A stretch of DNA of 64,000 nt from Camelus dromedarius (taxonomy: Eukaryota). The notes beneath the pieces are model-generated. The model was not told the origin of the DNA. It did no database searches and saw only the letters and a program-made list of their open reading frames with translations. Each line of letters opens with the position of its first letter. Within the stretch, counting starts at the first letter, position 1. This document shows positions 13,401 to 26,385 of the stretch, in pieces. The position numbers were made by a program, and so were the translations under genes. The stretch is from the NCBI RefSeq assembly GCF_036321535.1, contig NC_087437.1:87980001-88044000 (forward strand), read 5' to 3'.

Positions 13401-13563
13401 CTGTGAGTTCATTCTAGAAAATGTGCTTTGTCTTTATCTTTAGTAATCCAAGACCGCTCTAAAATTAAGGCCATCAGGGAAATAGCAAACTGATGATGCA
13501 TTTTCTTGTAGTGCTTTTTTGCACACTACTGCTTGATCGACAGATCTTTCTGAAACATTTTTA
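10465..13563 (-). other. ZNF654: ZNF654 long AT-rich 3' UTR (distal end approximate)
   Basis: AT-rich sequence after the stop with no interspersed repeat I could recognise. Minus-strand AATAAA at 13176-13181, 12338-12343, 11362-11367, 11058-11063, 10544-10549 and 10484-10489. Confidence 0.6.
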
Positions 13564-13571
13564 TCAGGCAC
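13564..13571 (-). CDS. ZNF654: ZNF654 terminal exon, coding part (A|GT GCC TGA, giving ...SDDESA*)
   Basis: Acceptor gttctgttttacag|GT; phase 1 matches the preceding donor; tandem stops TGA TAA; matches the recalled human C-terminus ...DSDDESA. Confidence 0.88.
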
Positions 13572-14152
13572 CTGTAAAACAGAACACGTCTGTTAATTCA
13601 AATTTTATAGACTTTCAACTAGAATTCTAATTTAGATTTCCTGTTCATACCCTTACTCATTGAAAGAATATTAGTATTAGTAGAAAGGCAAGCTCTTCTT
13701 TTGTTCAATTTTGTTTTTCAATTATTATCTGGTTCTTATTTTTATTTTTGTAATAGAGGCTCAACTTGGTTTACATTCCAGCATGCAGATGAAAAACAAT
13801 TCCATCATAATTACTTTGTCTTAGACCTTTTATTACATGAAACTTGGAATGAAGAAACGCCTCAGATACAGTTAAAGAGCATGATCCAAAAGTATGAAAA
13901 AACCATTCAAGTTCTGGCTTCCACAAGTTCATAGGCCTAGGCCTATGCACATTACTTGACTTGTGAATGTCAGTTGCTTGATCTATAAAACAGGAATAGT
14001 AACAACATGGTGGTTGTATGGTTAAAAGGAATTAATGTATGAGGTAGTGCTTTATTATCTGTGTTATACAAATGTTAGTTTTTTAACCTCCTAAAGATTT
14101 ATGGTATTTTCTATTTCTACAGATAAACCTACTGAGAAGATAGAAGACTTAC

Positions 14153-16499
14153 TTTCATCATCTGAATCAAATCCAAAGAGTGTCTGACATTTCTTTTGTG
14201 CAAGGTGAGCCTCAAGTGCTTCTGCATTACAGTAGGTGGTCAGGCATTTGCCACATCTTAGTCTTTTCACTGATTTTTTACAAACGTTATCTTGATCAGA
14301 ACAGGCATCTACCCTATCAGTCAGAAATTTTCTGCGTTTTGGCATACTAAGGTACCGTTCATCAAGGTAACTGGGAGGCAATGGTCTGACATATGGCTTT
14401 GTTAAAATTAAGCCATATGAAGTATGTTCACTTGTCAGATTTGGTTTGGAAGGTGCCTGAGATACTGGCAGGATATTGTGTTCTTGTGGTACAACACTGG
14501 GTAAAATGGAACCGTTTTCTGTCCTGATTCTATTTGTATCAATTTTCAAAGCGGGATCTGACGAAACTAAAGGTGTCTGCTCTATTCCACTGTGTCCATT
14601 GACTAAATCACTAATACTACAGTTATTTTCAGAATTTGGCTCTATGTCAGGCATCTTTTGGTCTATCAAGCTTATACCAGAAATAGTGTCACCAGAATGT
14701 TCATTTCCATTCTGAACTAAACGGTCTGTTTTCCTTTCCATACTTTCTATACACGTCTTTGGTTCTGTAGAATCTTTTCTTGATTTGCTAGTAGAAACTG
14801 GCAGACTAATAGTTTGTTTCTCATTACTAGATGAGTCTTTTTCCTGATGATTAGAACTTGAGTCTGTGAGAACATCCCAAAGAACTGCCTCACTTGGTTG
14901 AGCAGATGATTCTGGTGTTTTACTTAAATAATGCTGAGCTTCATGTTCATATAGCAGAGGAAGATCTTCAAAAAGCTCATGGCATTCTGGAAAACTACAC
15001 TGAGCTTGAAATATCCTGTGACTCTTTGTGTGCTGAGCAAGTTGGAATGGCAGCTTGAATGACTCATTGCAATTAAAATGCAAACAAAAGTACACATTTG
15101 GATAGCTGTGTCTATTAAGGTGATCTATAAAATGCTGAGAGTCTTCAAATTGCCTTTGACAAAATTTGCATTTTCCTTTGCTCCACTTCATTACTGTTTG
15201 CCGCACATTTAAATCAGTTGGGTGTACAGTCCTTGCGTGCTTATTCAGAAAACCAATTCTTTTAAATATCCTGACACAGCCAAGAGCAGGGCACTTAAAG
15301 TTTCCTTCTTGATCTGTCGCATATATGTCTTTTGGATGGCACACAGCTCCATTGATTTTATGAAGTACTGAAGTTTCTTGATTCAGGTCATAATCATCTT
15401 CCTCATAATCACCTTCTTCGTCTTCTTCCTCCTCATAGTCATCCACACACGCAGGTAAAGGCTCCGCAACACTATTTAAAGAAGTATCAGGACTGCCATT
15501 TTCAATAATGTTTTCAATAACATCTTCCGATACACTTACGGGAATTTCAATGAATTCAGCCACGTGCACAGGGATGGTGTCTTTGTTTCCATCACTGGAA
15601 GCAGTAATGGTCTCTACTTCCAAATCCTTATTATCAGAATTCCCATTTTCAAATGAAATGAAAGTATCAGAATAATTTATTTCTTCCAAAGCAGGATTTT
15701 CCTGATCCTCCTGTTGAGCTGCTGCAATTTGCTGTCTCTGTATTTTCTTAACGTGATTTTTTAAATGCTTCTGCATAAGTCCTCTGTTTCTAAATTTTCG
15801 ACCACATATTACACATGAAAAACTGCCTTTTTTCTGGTGAGCCTGGGCATGCCTTACAATGTGACCACCTAGAAATTCCTTGTTACATAACATACACCGA
15901 TGCCTCGGGACGTTATGATCTACTTTGGAAGTGTTAAGAGCTGTAACGTTTTTCTTTGCATTAATATGACCTTTTGGTTGCACTCCAGATACATCGTCAG
16001 GATCAAGCTCTCCAGTACTCTGATCTGTAAGAGAGTCAAGCCCTTCATCTAAACTTTGCTGTTCCATTGCCTTTTTCACATTACCTGCAGAATTTTCCAG
16101 TGTACTTTCATTTAGAAATCTAACTGCTGATTTATCACTCAGTAATGCTACACAGTTTTTCTTAATCATTACAAAGTTCCAGAATTCAGGATCAAAAAAC
16201 AATCCCTTTTTCAAAATCGGAAGTAATTCAAAACGAACACGGTTTTGAACACTACTTGTGCCTTCATTGTATTCTTCATCTGGACGTTTGTAAAGTTCTT
16301 CAACAGTATGATAAGCTTCCAAGGAACGTTCAAGAAAAAATATTGAGAGTGCACAAATCCTGAGGATCTCCAAATCATTTGGCAAAAAATGTGCAATTGT
16401 TTTATAAATTAGACATTTTGTTTTGGGATCATCATGAAGGTCTAATTGTAGAGCACAACCACATATTTCAACACAAATTTGTAAGCCTTCTTCTTCCAC
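14153..16499 (-). CDS. ZNF654: ZNF654 large penultimate coding exon (C2H2 zinc fingers, acidic tract; RLF/ZNF292 family)
   Basis: Acceptor tttcttttcatag|GTG. 2347-nt open frame with C2H2 motifs (CMLC..H..H, CVIC..H..H, CPALGC, CKFC, CLHFNC, CSFPEC, CGKC) and a DYEEEEDEEGDYEEDDYD tract. Donor GAA A|GTAAGT. Confidence 0.97.
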
Positions 16500-19400
16500 C
16501 TATGAAAAGAAAAATATTACTACTAAATACCTTCTTAAAAATTATTAACACTTACTAGTTTATCTTTTTAAAAGACAACTCTGAAATTAAAGCTGAATAA
16601 ACACATATTCCAAATGTGCATTTTCTTCAATGGGTAGCTTTGCTTAACTCCTTAATATATAAATAAATCTTTCTTTTTAAACTTGAGAATAACTGGAAAG
16701 GTAGCATTTTAAAAAGCTTCCAATTTATTTAATTCTCAAGTCCGACAAGCCCTACTAACCATAATACAAAATGCTTCACAACCTTATGGTGATTAAAAAT
16801 ACAAAATGCTTCATAAACTTACGATGACTGAAGCTTCTTACAAATCTAGGACCCTGTTTTAAGGCACCAACCTCACATTGTGTGGCAGAATAATACTTAT
16901 TAAATAATATTATTTATCCAAATAAGGGGAGAAGTGTGAACCACATGAACAGGACAGTTACAAACTTTCCAAATCTATTAAGGTATCAGAATAATGAACC
17001 TACTGGAAGTTAACTGAAAATAATTCAAGCTTTGAAACTTTTCCTGATGACTCAGAGATAACTGCATCAGCTTTTAGTTGGGAATTTGTTGTCTATCCAT
17101 CTCAATTCAAATTATAAATAACGCCTCTAGTGATTTGGAATGATCTAAATGTTTGTTTGAATAGAAAGAGATAAAATAATATGTCTTTAAAAGTGTGTAT
17201 GTGTGTGTCATACCGCCTGTATGTGGTATATTATAAATGACCAAGAGGAACACTTCCTTGCCAGCCTCATGTCCTCTCAGTTTCTTACATGCTATGTAAC
17301 CCTTACTTACAGTTCCACAAGGAGACCTTAACTTTGCACATTGCTTTCCCTAGCTGGTAAATTCCTACCCATCTCCTGTTCATTCTTTGAGAATCAATTC
17401 TGCTTTGAAGGTTTTTCTCATTCATTCTGGCTCCTGCCCTGGGTTACAGTTAAACACTCCCTATTCTTTCCACTGAAAATAACTTACACTTATTTCCTAG
17501 GAGCACATATATGCTGTTTTATAACTGTCTATGCCCCTTCTGCTTGGCTTTGAATTCCCAAATCACAGGGATAGCGTCCCATTTTTTGTTTATCCTGTGT
17601 TTAGCATAGGAGATGGCATACAGTGACCTCTGAACAAATGTCTGCAGAATGATTGAGATCATTCATTCCACTGACTTTAGTTTTCCCCTATAAATCTACC
17701 ATTGCTAACTTGGAATCCTTTTCTGAATTCAAATTTCTTATTTCTGTCTGTTACAATTAGATATTCCTATTTACACTTTCCAGATAAAGCAAATTCAAAT
17801 CCATTGCTTCAAAACAATTCATTCTTTCTCCAAAGTTTTATCTACATTCTTTGTCTTTCCTCATGAAATTGTAATGTGCCCAGTTGCTGAAGTTTACGAA
17901 CATCAGGATCATCACAAAAAGGAACAGGATACTTCCTTACCTGAAATCCTTTAACAATTCCAGTCTATTTGTGGAGTGAAGTTTCAGCTTTTGTCTAGTA
18001 TTGAGTCCCTTCAGGATCTCTAGCAACCCCACCCCAAAAAAACTAAACTCTGATTAGTTCCATGTTCTACACACGTCCACAGATTTCCCTGCCACTGGAC
18101 AGCTGTGAGAACTAACTAATAAAATGAGGAAAAGGAGCTCTATAAACTACAAACTCCTCTAAAAATATTCATATTATCCTCATCTATCATTTAAAACCCA
18201 GCTGAAAGCATCTTCCTCTGTAAAGCCTTTTCCAATATGCTATCTGTAACGCCTCCTCCTGAACTCACACAGCATTGCCTGTCCCTCTTTTCACAGCACA
18301 GAGGCACGTGACTGATCTAGTCCATAAGATAAAAATGTTTTTAGTAGAGTGTATTAAAAAATTCAAATACTTATTTCATCTTTGAATTTTTCCTCTTATC
18401 ATGTATTCTTAGGTTGATCAGACATGTGAAAATGAGAAAGCTCTGTGATGCTTGGCTGAACTTCACCTAGATGAAAACGTTCTATATAACAAAGCCTCTC
18501 AATTTTTGGTACAAATGAGAGTCATATGTTAAAAAAAGATGGACACATCTTTATTTCTTAAAAAGTTTTACAGGTGATTCTGATGCACTTCCAATATTAA
18601 GAAGTATTCTACAGCATAGTTTGTTTTTTTTCCTCCAGTTTTTGGTGAGGAGAGAGGTAAACTTTGACAATGCATTTGAATGACATTTTACTATTTAATA
18701 ATGAAGCTATTAATGCAGTTAGCACAAAAAAAAATGAGAAATAAAACAAAAACCATCTGATATAATGCTGCTTTGTATCACGAGAATATGATCACTGCAC
18801 GGTCATTACATCTAATGAGTGACGTGATAATGAATGTGATAAACACATAAATATATAAAAAATATTATTTAGTGGATGTCTCCTTATATATTTAAAAGTA
18901 ACTCACATAACGATTCAGTTAAACAGAGCTACCTAAAATGTAGGGTAGCTTTATCTTTCCTATCTTTGTAGTCAAAGTTCTATTCATATTTGAGGAGAGA
19001 AAGTAGAAGGATCTGCAGGATCCACTTTCATGTCTATGTAAGAATCATGTAGATTTTTATTCACTTGCAAGTGGCAAAACTTGCTTCAGAACTATTTTTA
19101 AAAATAGGTAATGGGTCTTTACTATTATTTTAAATAAACACATGAAAAATTTGTCCTTAGGTTTCAAAAATGCCTCAGAATTCATGGTTCCTTTTCACCT
19201 AAACACCAGGCTAAAAACTATGAACTGTATTTCTCTAGGACACTGAGCAGGTATTACCTATAGTTATACAAAGTTCATTTGCAAATTAGTTAAGATTCTA
19301 TGTAGAAACAGGATTTAGAATAAAAAGGGACAGACTTAATTGTAAGAAAAGAGACAACAGCTTCTTATGGAAGCAATTAATTATTCCCCTAGTCAACTTT

Positions 19401-19648
19401 ATGTAACACTAAATTGACCTTTTTTCTCTTTTTTTTCAGTTATTTTCATTTATGTACACCCTTTGCACCTATGTTGGGAGTTTGAGGTTGGGGTGAGGGG
19501 AGGATATAATACATGGAGAATGTGGCCTTAAAGTCCTCCTTTTCTTCAATTATGTAATCAAATAAATTTTATCATTAAGAGATTCAAATTTCAGTGAACT
19601 GTCATTTAAATTTCATTTAAAATGAAGGGATAAATATATCCTATTTAC

Positions 19649-19790
19649 CTCATCTTTAATGATTTTCATGAAAGGAAATATGACTCTCACATTAGTTGCT
19701 GTTCTTAAAAGCTGGTAGCATTGATCTACAAAAACTTGTTTTGAAGGATTAGACTTAAGCTGAAGTTTACTCCATATGAAAATCAACTCC
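19649..19790 (-). CDS. ZNF654: ZNF654 internal coding exon
   Basis: Acceptor tttctcatttacag|G; encodes ELIFIWSKLQLKSNPSKQVFVDQCYQLLRTATNVRVIFPFMKIIKDE; donor GAG|GTAAAT; 142 nt, phase 2 to 0. Confidence 0.94.
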
Positions 19791-21599
19791 CTGTAAATGA
19801 GAAAAAAAAGAGAAATATCAAAAATACAGTTTATTCAAATACAGACATCAGCTATCTTTCCCAGATTCTATAGTACCCTGGGCTGGGATGTTTACAAAGT
19901 GGGTGTAAATGGATATTAAGTTAAACCCCAAGCTACTTTTGCTCCCAATTTGGGACTAACAGAAACTGGGGGGAAAGGAGAGATCAGAAGTTGCAATTTT
20001 GCAGTGACCTAAGGCATCTTTAGTACTTGATCAAAACAAATTCTAATCCCCGGGTACTAATATTAATGATATTATTTTTAAAAAGTAACTGTGGCCTTTA
20101 ATTAATACCCACTTGCAAATTTAGAAATCAACATTGCAGACTTTCAGCAAAGAAATGGTTTATATTTTTCATTTTCAATCCATTAAGATACCAAAAGTAC
20201 TACAGATTAAAAGTGTAAGTATAATATAGTACTGATTCTGAAATTTTACATTTAGATCATCTGCTCTTCCATTAAGATGTAATACCTTTAAAAGGATAAG
20301 CTATGGACCATTTAAAATATTTCACAGGTAGATTCTCTTCTAAAATATGGCCAAGGTTACCAGATGAATAAGGTAGGAGCAGTGGGTTTTGAGGCAAAGG
20401 AAATCCTAAGATATGAATGTTCTATCTGGATATCACATTTTAGTGAAGTAGAATTCCTTGAAAAGTGTCACAAAAGTTACATAATCCATCATAATCTAAA
20501 AGTATTAAAATAATTGATGAAAAAATGTTTTTAAAAAGTGATTTACTGAGTGTGTACTTTGAGCCCAGAGCATACAGCTATTAAATCTTAGGACAGCTTG
20601 ACTACCATCATGAAGGTGCACACCATCTATTTAGAGAGACAATACAGAAAACACAAAACAAAAAGTGATGGCAACATAGGAAGTAAAAGCGAAATTCCAT
20701 TTCACACTAGCTGTGTGAGTGTACATAAGTTTCAGTGCACCACTCACTTTTTTTTTTTTGCACACATATTCCTTTAGAAAGCTCACCAGGTTTCACATCA
20801 TGCTCCCAAATCTCTAGCTCTGACTTCTTCCCCAGTTTCCATACCTGGGTATCTCAATTTAGATTGGTTTCTATCACTTTAACCCACTCAGATCAAATTT
20901 AATTCCTTGCAAAATTGATTATTTTTCCTAGTCACAGTCACTGACACTAAACATTCCTCTAACCTGGTTGGTTCTAACCTGTTTGTTTTGCATTCTTTGT
21001 ATTCTTGTCCGCAGTTATATCATACTTTCTCAATGCTGCCACCTTAGGCCTTTTAATTTTTCGTATGTATTTCTACAGGGGTTGCTAAACTGAACTGTTT
21101 CCAGCCTCCCAGATTCCTTGATTTAGTACTTACTCAATAGGACTTACAGTGTTAAAAGCAATAGAAACATGGGCTGAATACTGGGCATTCTTCCAGGTTG
21201 GTTTCCTCAGTATCAGTTAATGTGCTTCATTTATTTTCACTTTCTGTTTTCTTGATTGTTCTACTTGGAAAATATACCTCTATATCTAATATGAGCTTAT
21301 CTTTCAAAGTCCACATTAAGTGCCTCTTCTTCATTAAAACCTTTACAAATGCCCCAAACTAAAGTGATAACTACTTCAGAACAGATCTAATCTCTCTTAT
21401 TAATTCCACGCCTTTCATATACTTCTTTGTTTTATAAGTCCTGTTTCCCCACCTATTAATAAGTTGTAAATCTTCTCAATGACACATTGTATATGGAGGT
21501 AGTGGCAAGAACAGCAGATTGGGAATAAGAGAGACCTGCACCTCAATAGGGCATTACATACCAACTGGCATGGCACTACCCAGCTCACAGTGAACCACC

Positions 21600-21990
21600 G
21601 TTTTCTAAGAATAGGCGTAATACAGAGTTGGAACCTCAGTAGCCATGTCTCCTATGTGACCCTCCTCACTCTCCTTAAAATATTAATTCAGGGTTGGGAA
21701 ACTGACCCCAATTAAGTCAGTAAGAATCCCTGGAACGTTCTCAACTCTCAACTATGAAGCTGGGGGGACTGTTGGCATTCCTTCTGGTCTGCAACAGGGA
21801 AGACTGAAGCCAACTGGCTGAACAGAGAAGCTTTTGAAAACCCCCAGCAATTTCAGTGTCCCTAGTTGCAGTTATCTTTGAGGACTACATTTTTGGGCTC
21901 ATGTCACACCCTAGTATCCATTCAATAAATACTGCCTTTTCCCTAAACTAGTTAGACATGGGATGTTATCACTTGCAAACTGACTAGTAT
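21600..21990 (+). mobile_element. Old ERVL/MaLR-type solo LTR fragment
   Basis: ttcaataaat...ttttccctaaactagttaga...tcacttgcaaac..ctagtata, an end motif typical of MLT1/LTR16/LTR33. Confidence 0.5.
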
Positions 21991-23810
21991 AAATCCCAAC
22001 TTCATTTTGTTACTAGCTGTGTGGCTTTTATCTTTTATCCACACTTTTCTTACACATAAAAATAACTGAGGTAAGTGAAAACACCTAGGTGTGAAATGTC
22101 TGATACATACCAGTATTTAATGAATCATTCACTGATGGTCTTCATTGAGAAGACCAAAGGGAAAGCTTAATGAAACTTACATTTTCTTTTCAGAGGGTCC
22201 TTTAAAAAAAACACAGCACTGATTTCGCTATACCAGCACATTTCCCAGGTAGTTAACTGCCAATACAGCCATCAAGTTATTCAGTTGTAGGAAGCCTATA
22301 GCAAGGTCTGCAGCCACTCTTACTGCACAGGTTATTTTTCATACTATACCCATTTACAGTAAGTAATGTTTAACAGCAGAGGCTGTGAGTCAGGCTGCCC
22401 GGGTTTGACTCTGGCTTCATTATTTACTAGCTGAATGGCTTGGGCATAATATTATCTACCCCATAAGATTGCTGGAATAAATGAAGCACTCAGAAAATAT
22501 AAACAGCTATGATTATAATATTACTATGATCATTAATGGTGAGAGAAATGGATTAGTAGTTTGCTTCACCTGCTTGATACAGAGCAGAACTGGTCTATGG
22601 ATCAGGTTTTGTCATCAGAGAGGGGAGACAAAGAGTAAGCTGAGACCAAGATGAAACAGATAACACAGACCTTGTAAGCTGGAAAAAATCCTGTTCTTCA
22701 AGTAACACTGAAAATCAAATTTTAGAAGCAAAAAAAAAGGACCCCAGCAATATAAAAGTAAGAATAATAAGAGGGCAGGTGGTCAGAAGTCAGCCCACTC
22801 ACAAGGAAGGACAGAGAAGCAGGCTAAAGATTCCTTTCCAGTTAGGCAACTGGGAGTCACACACCCAACTTCTATTCTTAGAAAGTGACTGCGGCCAGGA
22901 GCAGGAAAGATAGGCACTGTTCTATTTTTAAAGTTCTTCCCTAAAGAGTAGAAACTGGTTAGCCAAGAGAAGAAGGAAATAAAAATGTTCTCCTGGGGTT
23001 TTTTTGTTTGTTTACACTTGATTCCAGTTTACTTATGAGTATGTTAAAATGAAAAGACTAAAGGTGTCCTGTAAATAGTTTAATATACCCAAGGCTGAAC
23101 ATTCCTATCACCATAGGAAAAGATGCACTTTAACAGTCATGGCTATATCCTGTTTCAGAACAACATATCAAGAAATAATACTCTGAAAACTATTTAAAAG
23201 CGTATGTCTTACTACCACCTCTTGATCCCTTCCTATTTGAAATTCCAAATTACATGGAAGACTTCTGAATAAAAGTTAGTATAATCTAAAAGTATAGTCC
23301 TGTAGAAGATAAGTCCTCTAGTTTCTAGACCCTCTGCTTTCTGGTTTGCTATTAATTAGCTATTTGACTCTCTGAATCTGAAGACTTTACTCTGTATACA
23401 AAGTCTACAGTATATTAAATAAGTTTATCTTAAAACAATGACTGGGAGAGGGGGTTTAAAGTATTTAAGAATTTAAAATTTGAAAGCATTTATTTAAAAA
23501 AATATTTATAGCCCATATTATTTCATATGATGTTAGGCAAATGAAATCTAGTTTTCTCTTAAGAATTAATGACATGTGGAGTAGTAGGGGTGTGTGTGTG
23601 TGTGTACACTGGGGTAGGGAAGGCAGAAGTTGTTAGAAACTTTTCTAATTATTTTTCATGATTTCATCTAAAAGCACTTGAAGGATTTGTACTAAAATTA
23701 CTCTCAAATCACTTTCTAAATTACATGACTGCTGGATAAACTAGATGCTAGTAACTTTTAAGTGGTTTTAAAAATGTTTAGAAAAATTAAGTCATATAAT
23801 ACCTTTTACA

Positions 23811-25972
23811 TTAGCACACCAAAAATGAAAAACTTAGGTATAAATTGAAGAAAATGTGTATAAGATATATATGAGGAAAACCACAAAACTCTGATGAATG
23901 TAATCAGAGAACTAAATAAATGGAGAGACAGTCCATGTTTATGGATAGGAATACTCAATATTATCAAGTTATGAGTTCTTAACAACTTGATCTACAGATT
24001 CAGTCCCAATCTAAATCCCGGCAGGTTATTTTATGGATATCAACAAGCTTATTCTAGTTTATATGAACAGACAAAAGACCCAGAACAGCCAATACAATAC
24101 TGAAGAAGAATAAAGTTGGGGGACTGATGCTACCTGACCTCAAGACTTAATGGACTCTTAAAGCCAACATAATGAAGACAGTGTTGTACTGGTGAAAGAA
24201 CAGACAAACAAATCAATAGAAGGAACAGAGAGCCTAGAAATAGACCCATAAATATAGTCAACTGTTCTTTGACAAAGGAACAAAGGCAATACAATGGAGT
24301 GAAGATACTCTTTTCAAGAAATGGTACTAACCTTACACCTTTCATAAAAATTAATTCAAAATGGATCATGGCTTAAACAGAAAATACGAAACTATAAAAC
24401 TCCTAGAAAATAACATAGGAGAATACCTAGATGACCTTGGGTATGGGTGATGCTTTTGTAGATATAACACCAAAGATATGACCCATGAGAAAAATAGCTG
24501 ATAAGCTGGAAAACAGCAATAAGCTGGACTTCATTAAGATTAAAAACTTATCTGTGAAAGACAGTATCAAGAGAATTAAAAGACAAGCCACAGACTGGGA
24601 GAAAATATTTGTAAAAAACACATCTGATAAAGGGCTGTTATCCACAATATACAAAGATCTCTTAAAACTCAACAATAAGAAAACAACCAAATAAGCAACC
24701 CAATTAGAAAACGGGTCAAAGACCTTAACAGACACCTCACCGAAAAAGATATACAGATAGGAAATAAGCATATGAAAAGATGTTCCACATCATATGTCAT
24801 CAGGGAAATGCAAATTAAAACGAGATACCACTACACACCTATTAGAATGGCCAAAATCTGGAACACTGAACACAAAAAATGCTGGTGAGGGTATGGAGCA
24901 ACAGGAACTCTCATACATTGCTGGTGGAAATGAAAATTGGTATAGGCACTTTGGAAGACAGTTTGGCAGTTTCTTACAAAACTAAACATAATCTTACCGT
25001 ATGTTCCAGCAATCGTGCTCCTTGGTATTTACCCAAAGGAGTTGAAAACTTATGTCCACACAAAATCCTGCACACAGATGTTTATAGCAGCTTTATTCAT
25101 AATTGCCAAAACCTGGCAACAACCAAGATGTCCTTTAGTAGGTGAATGGATAAATAAACTGGTACATTGAGAGAATGGACTATTACTCAGCACTAAAGAA
25201 ATGAGCTATCAAACTGAAAAGACATGGAGAAACCTTAAGTGCATATTACTAAGTGAAAGAAGCCAATCTGAAACAGCTAAATACTGTATGATTGCAACTA
25301 TATGGTATTCTGGAAAAGGCAAAACTATGGAGATAGTTAAAAAAAAATCAGTGGTTTCTAGAAGTGGGGGCAGGAGTTGAAGGGAAAGGTGAACTGGCAG
25401 GGCACAGAGGATTTTTAGACAATGAAAATACTCTGTATGATATAATGATGGATATATGTCCTTATATATTTGTCCAAATAGAATAATTAACACCAAGAGT
25501 GAACCCTAGGGTAAACTGTGGACTTTGGGTGACTAAGATGTATCAATGTAGGTTCATCCTTGATAAAAAAAAATAAAAATGTACAACCGGTGAGTGATCC
25601 CAAGAGCTTGTTTGGAGGTTCTAGCAGGGGATCGCAGCTACTCGTATAGCCTTGACTGAGAAGAACAGTCCTCCTCTATTCAGGATGCTTGTCCTTTTCG
25701 ACTGAGAACAGCTTCGGGAGGGACGCACATGGAGCAGAGAGGGAAGAAGGGGACACCTGCCTCACCTGCCAGATCAGGTGAATCAACCCTGGCGATCAAC
25801 AAGGTGACAGATGTCGCAGCCAGATCACCTTCACATCCAGCTGGTAAGTGATCTTGATAATGGGGGAAGCTATGCATTTGTGGGGACAGGAGGTATATGG
25901 GAAATGTCTATACCACCTGTTGATTTTGTTGTAAACCAAAAACTGCTCAGAAAAATAACTTTTAAAAAAAAT
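23811..25972 (+). mobile_element. Old LINE-1 3' fragment (ORF2 C-terminal part and 3' UTR, L1MB-like), interrupted by the 7SK copy
   Basis: Degenerate ORF2 peptides (LDFIKIKNLSVKDSIKRIKRQATDWEKIF), L1 3' UTR motifs, A-rich end. Confidence 0.88.
25600..25838 (-). pseudogene. 7SK snRNA pseudogene, 3'-truncated
   Basis: Minus strand starts GGATGTGAAGGTGATCTGGCTGCGACATCTGTCACC and follows the recalled 7SK sequence to ...GCTAGAACCTCCAAACAAGCTCT. Diverged, embedded in an L1, with flanking direct repeats. Confidence 0.93.
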
Positions 25973-26245
25973 TTTTAAGTAACACTAAATTTAATTTAAA
26001 ACATCGCTGCTTCATTTTAACACATTCCTTAAACATTAACACCACTGATTATTGGTACATGATCATTGTCTTTTTCAATCCTTAGGTCTTACAACATACT
26101 ACTATTTCTTGCACAATAAAGGAGAAAAAAAAGTGACTAAACATTCTCACATAACTTTTAAAAAATATAAAGTACAAACTCTGCTAACCAATTCTCCTTC
26201 TGTTCCCCATCTCACCATTTCAATTTCTATATTAGGAACACTTAC

Positions 26246-26385
26246 CAGATACAGTACATATCCCCATTCTGGAGCTGTGGAATAAGAAAGGATTCACAGA
26301 GTTGCAAGGCTAACATAGTCTTGCCTTCTTTTTCAGTGTTACAGATGATATCAATTCCACTCTTACAATCAGTTTTCAGTAAATG
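26246..26385 (-). CDS. ZNF654: ZNF654 internal coding exon
   Basis: Acceptor cttttcctcttatag|CAT; encodes HLLKTDCKSGIDIICNTEKEGKTMLALQLCESFLIPQLQNGDMYCI(W); donor TG|GTAAGT; 140 nt, phase 0 to 2. Confidence 0.94.

Noticed and set aside
14091..16499. 802-aa ORF as a standalone single-exon gene
   Set aside because: It starts at a GTG directly after a splice acceptor and is phase-compatible with the upstream exons; it is an internal ZNF654 exon.
16763..16832. CRISPR-like repeat array
   Set aside because: Only two adjacent copies with no spacers, in mammalian intronic DNA.
25600..25838. Functional 7SK gene
   Set aside because: No 3' hairpin or oligo-T terminator, many substitutions, and the upstream flank is L1 sequence rather than a type 3 Pol III promoter.
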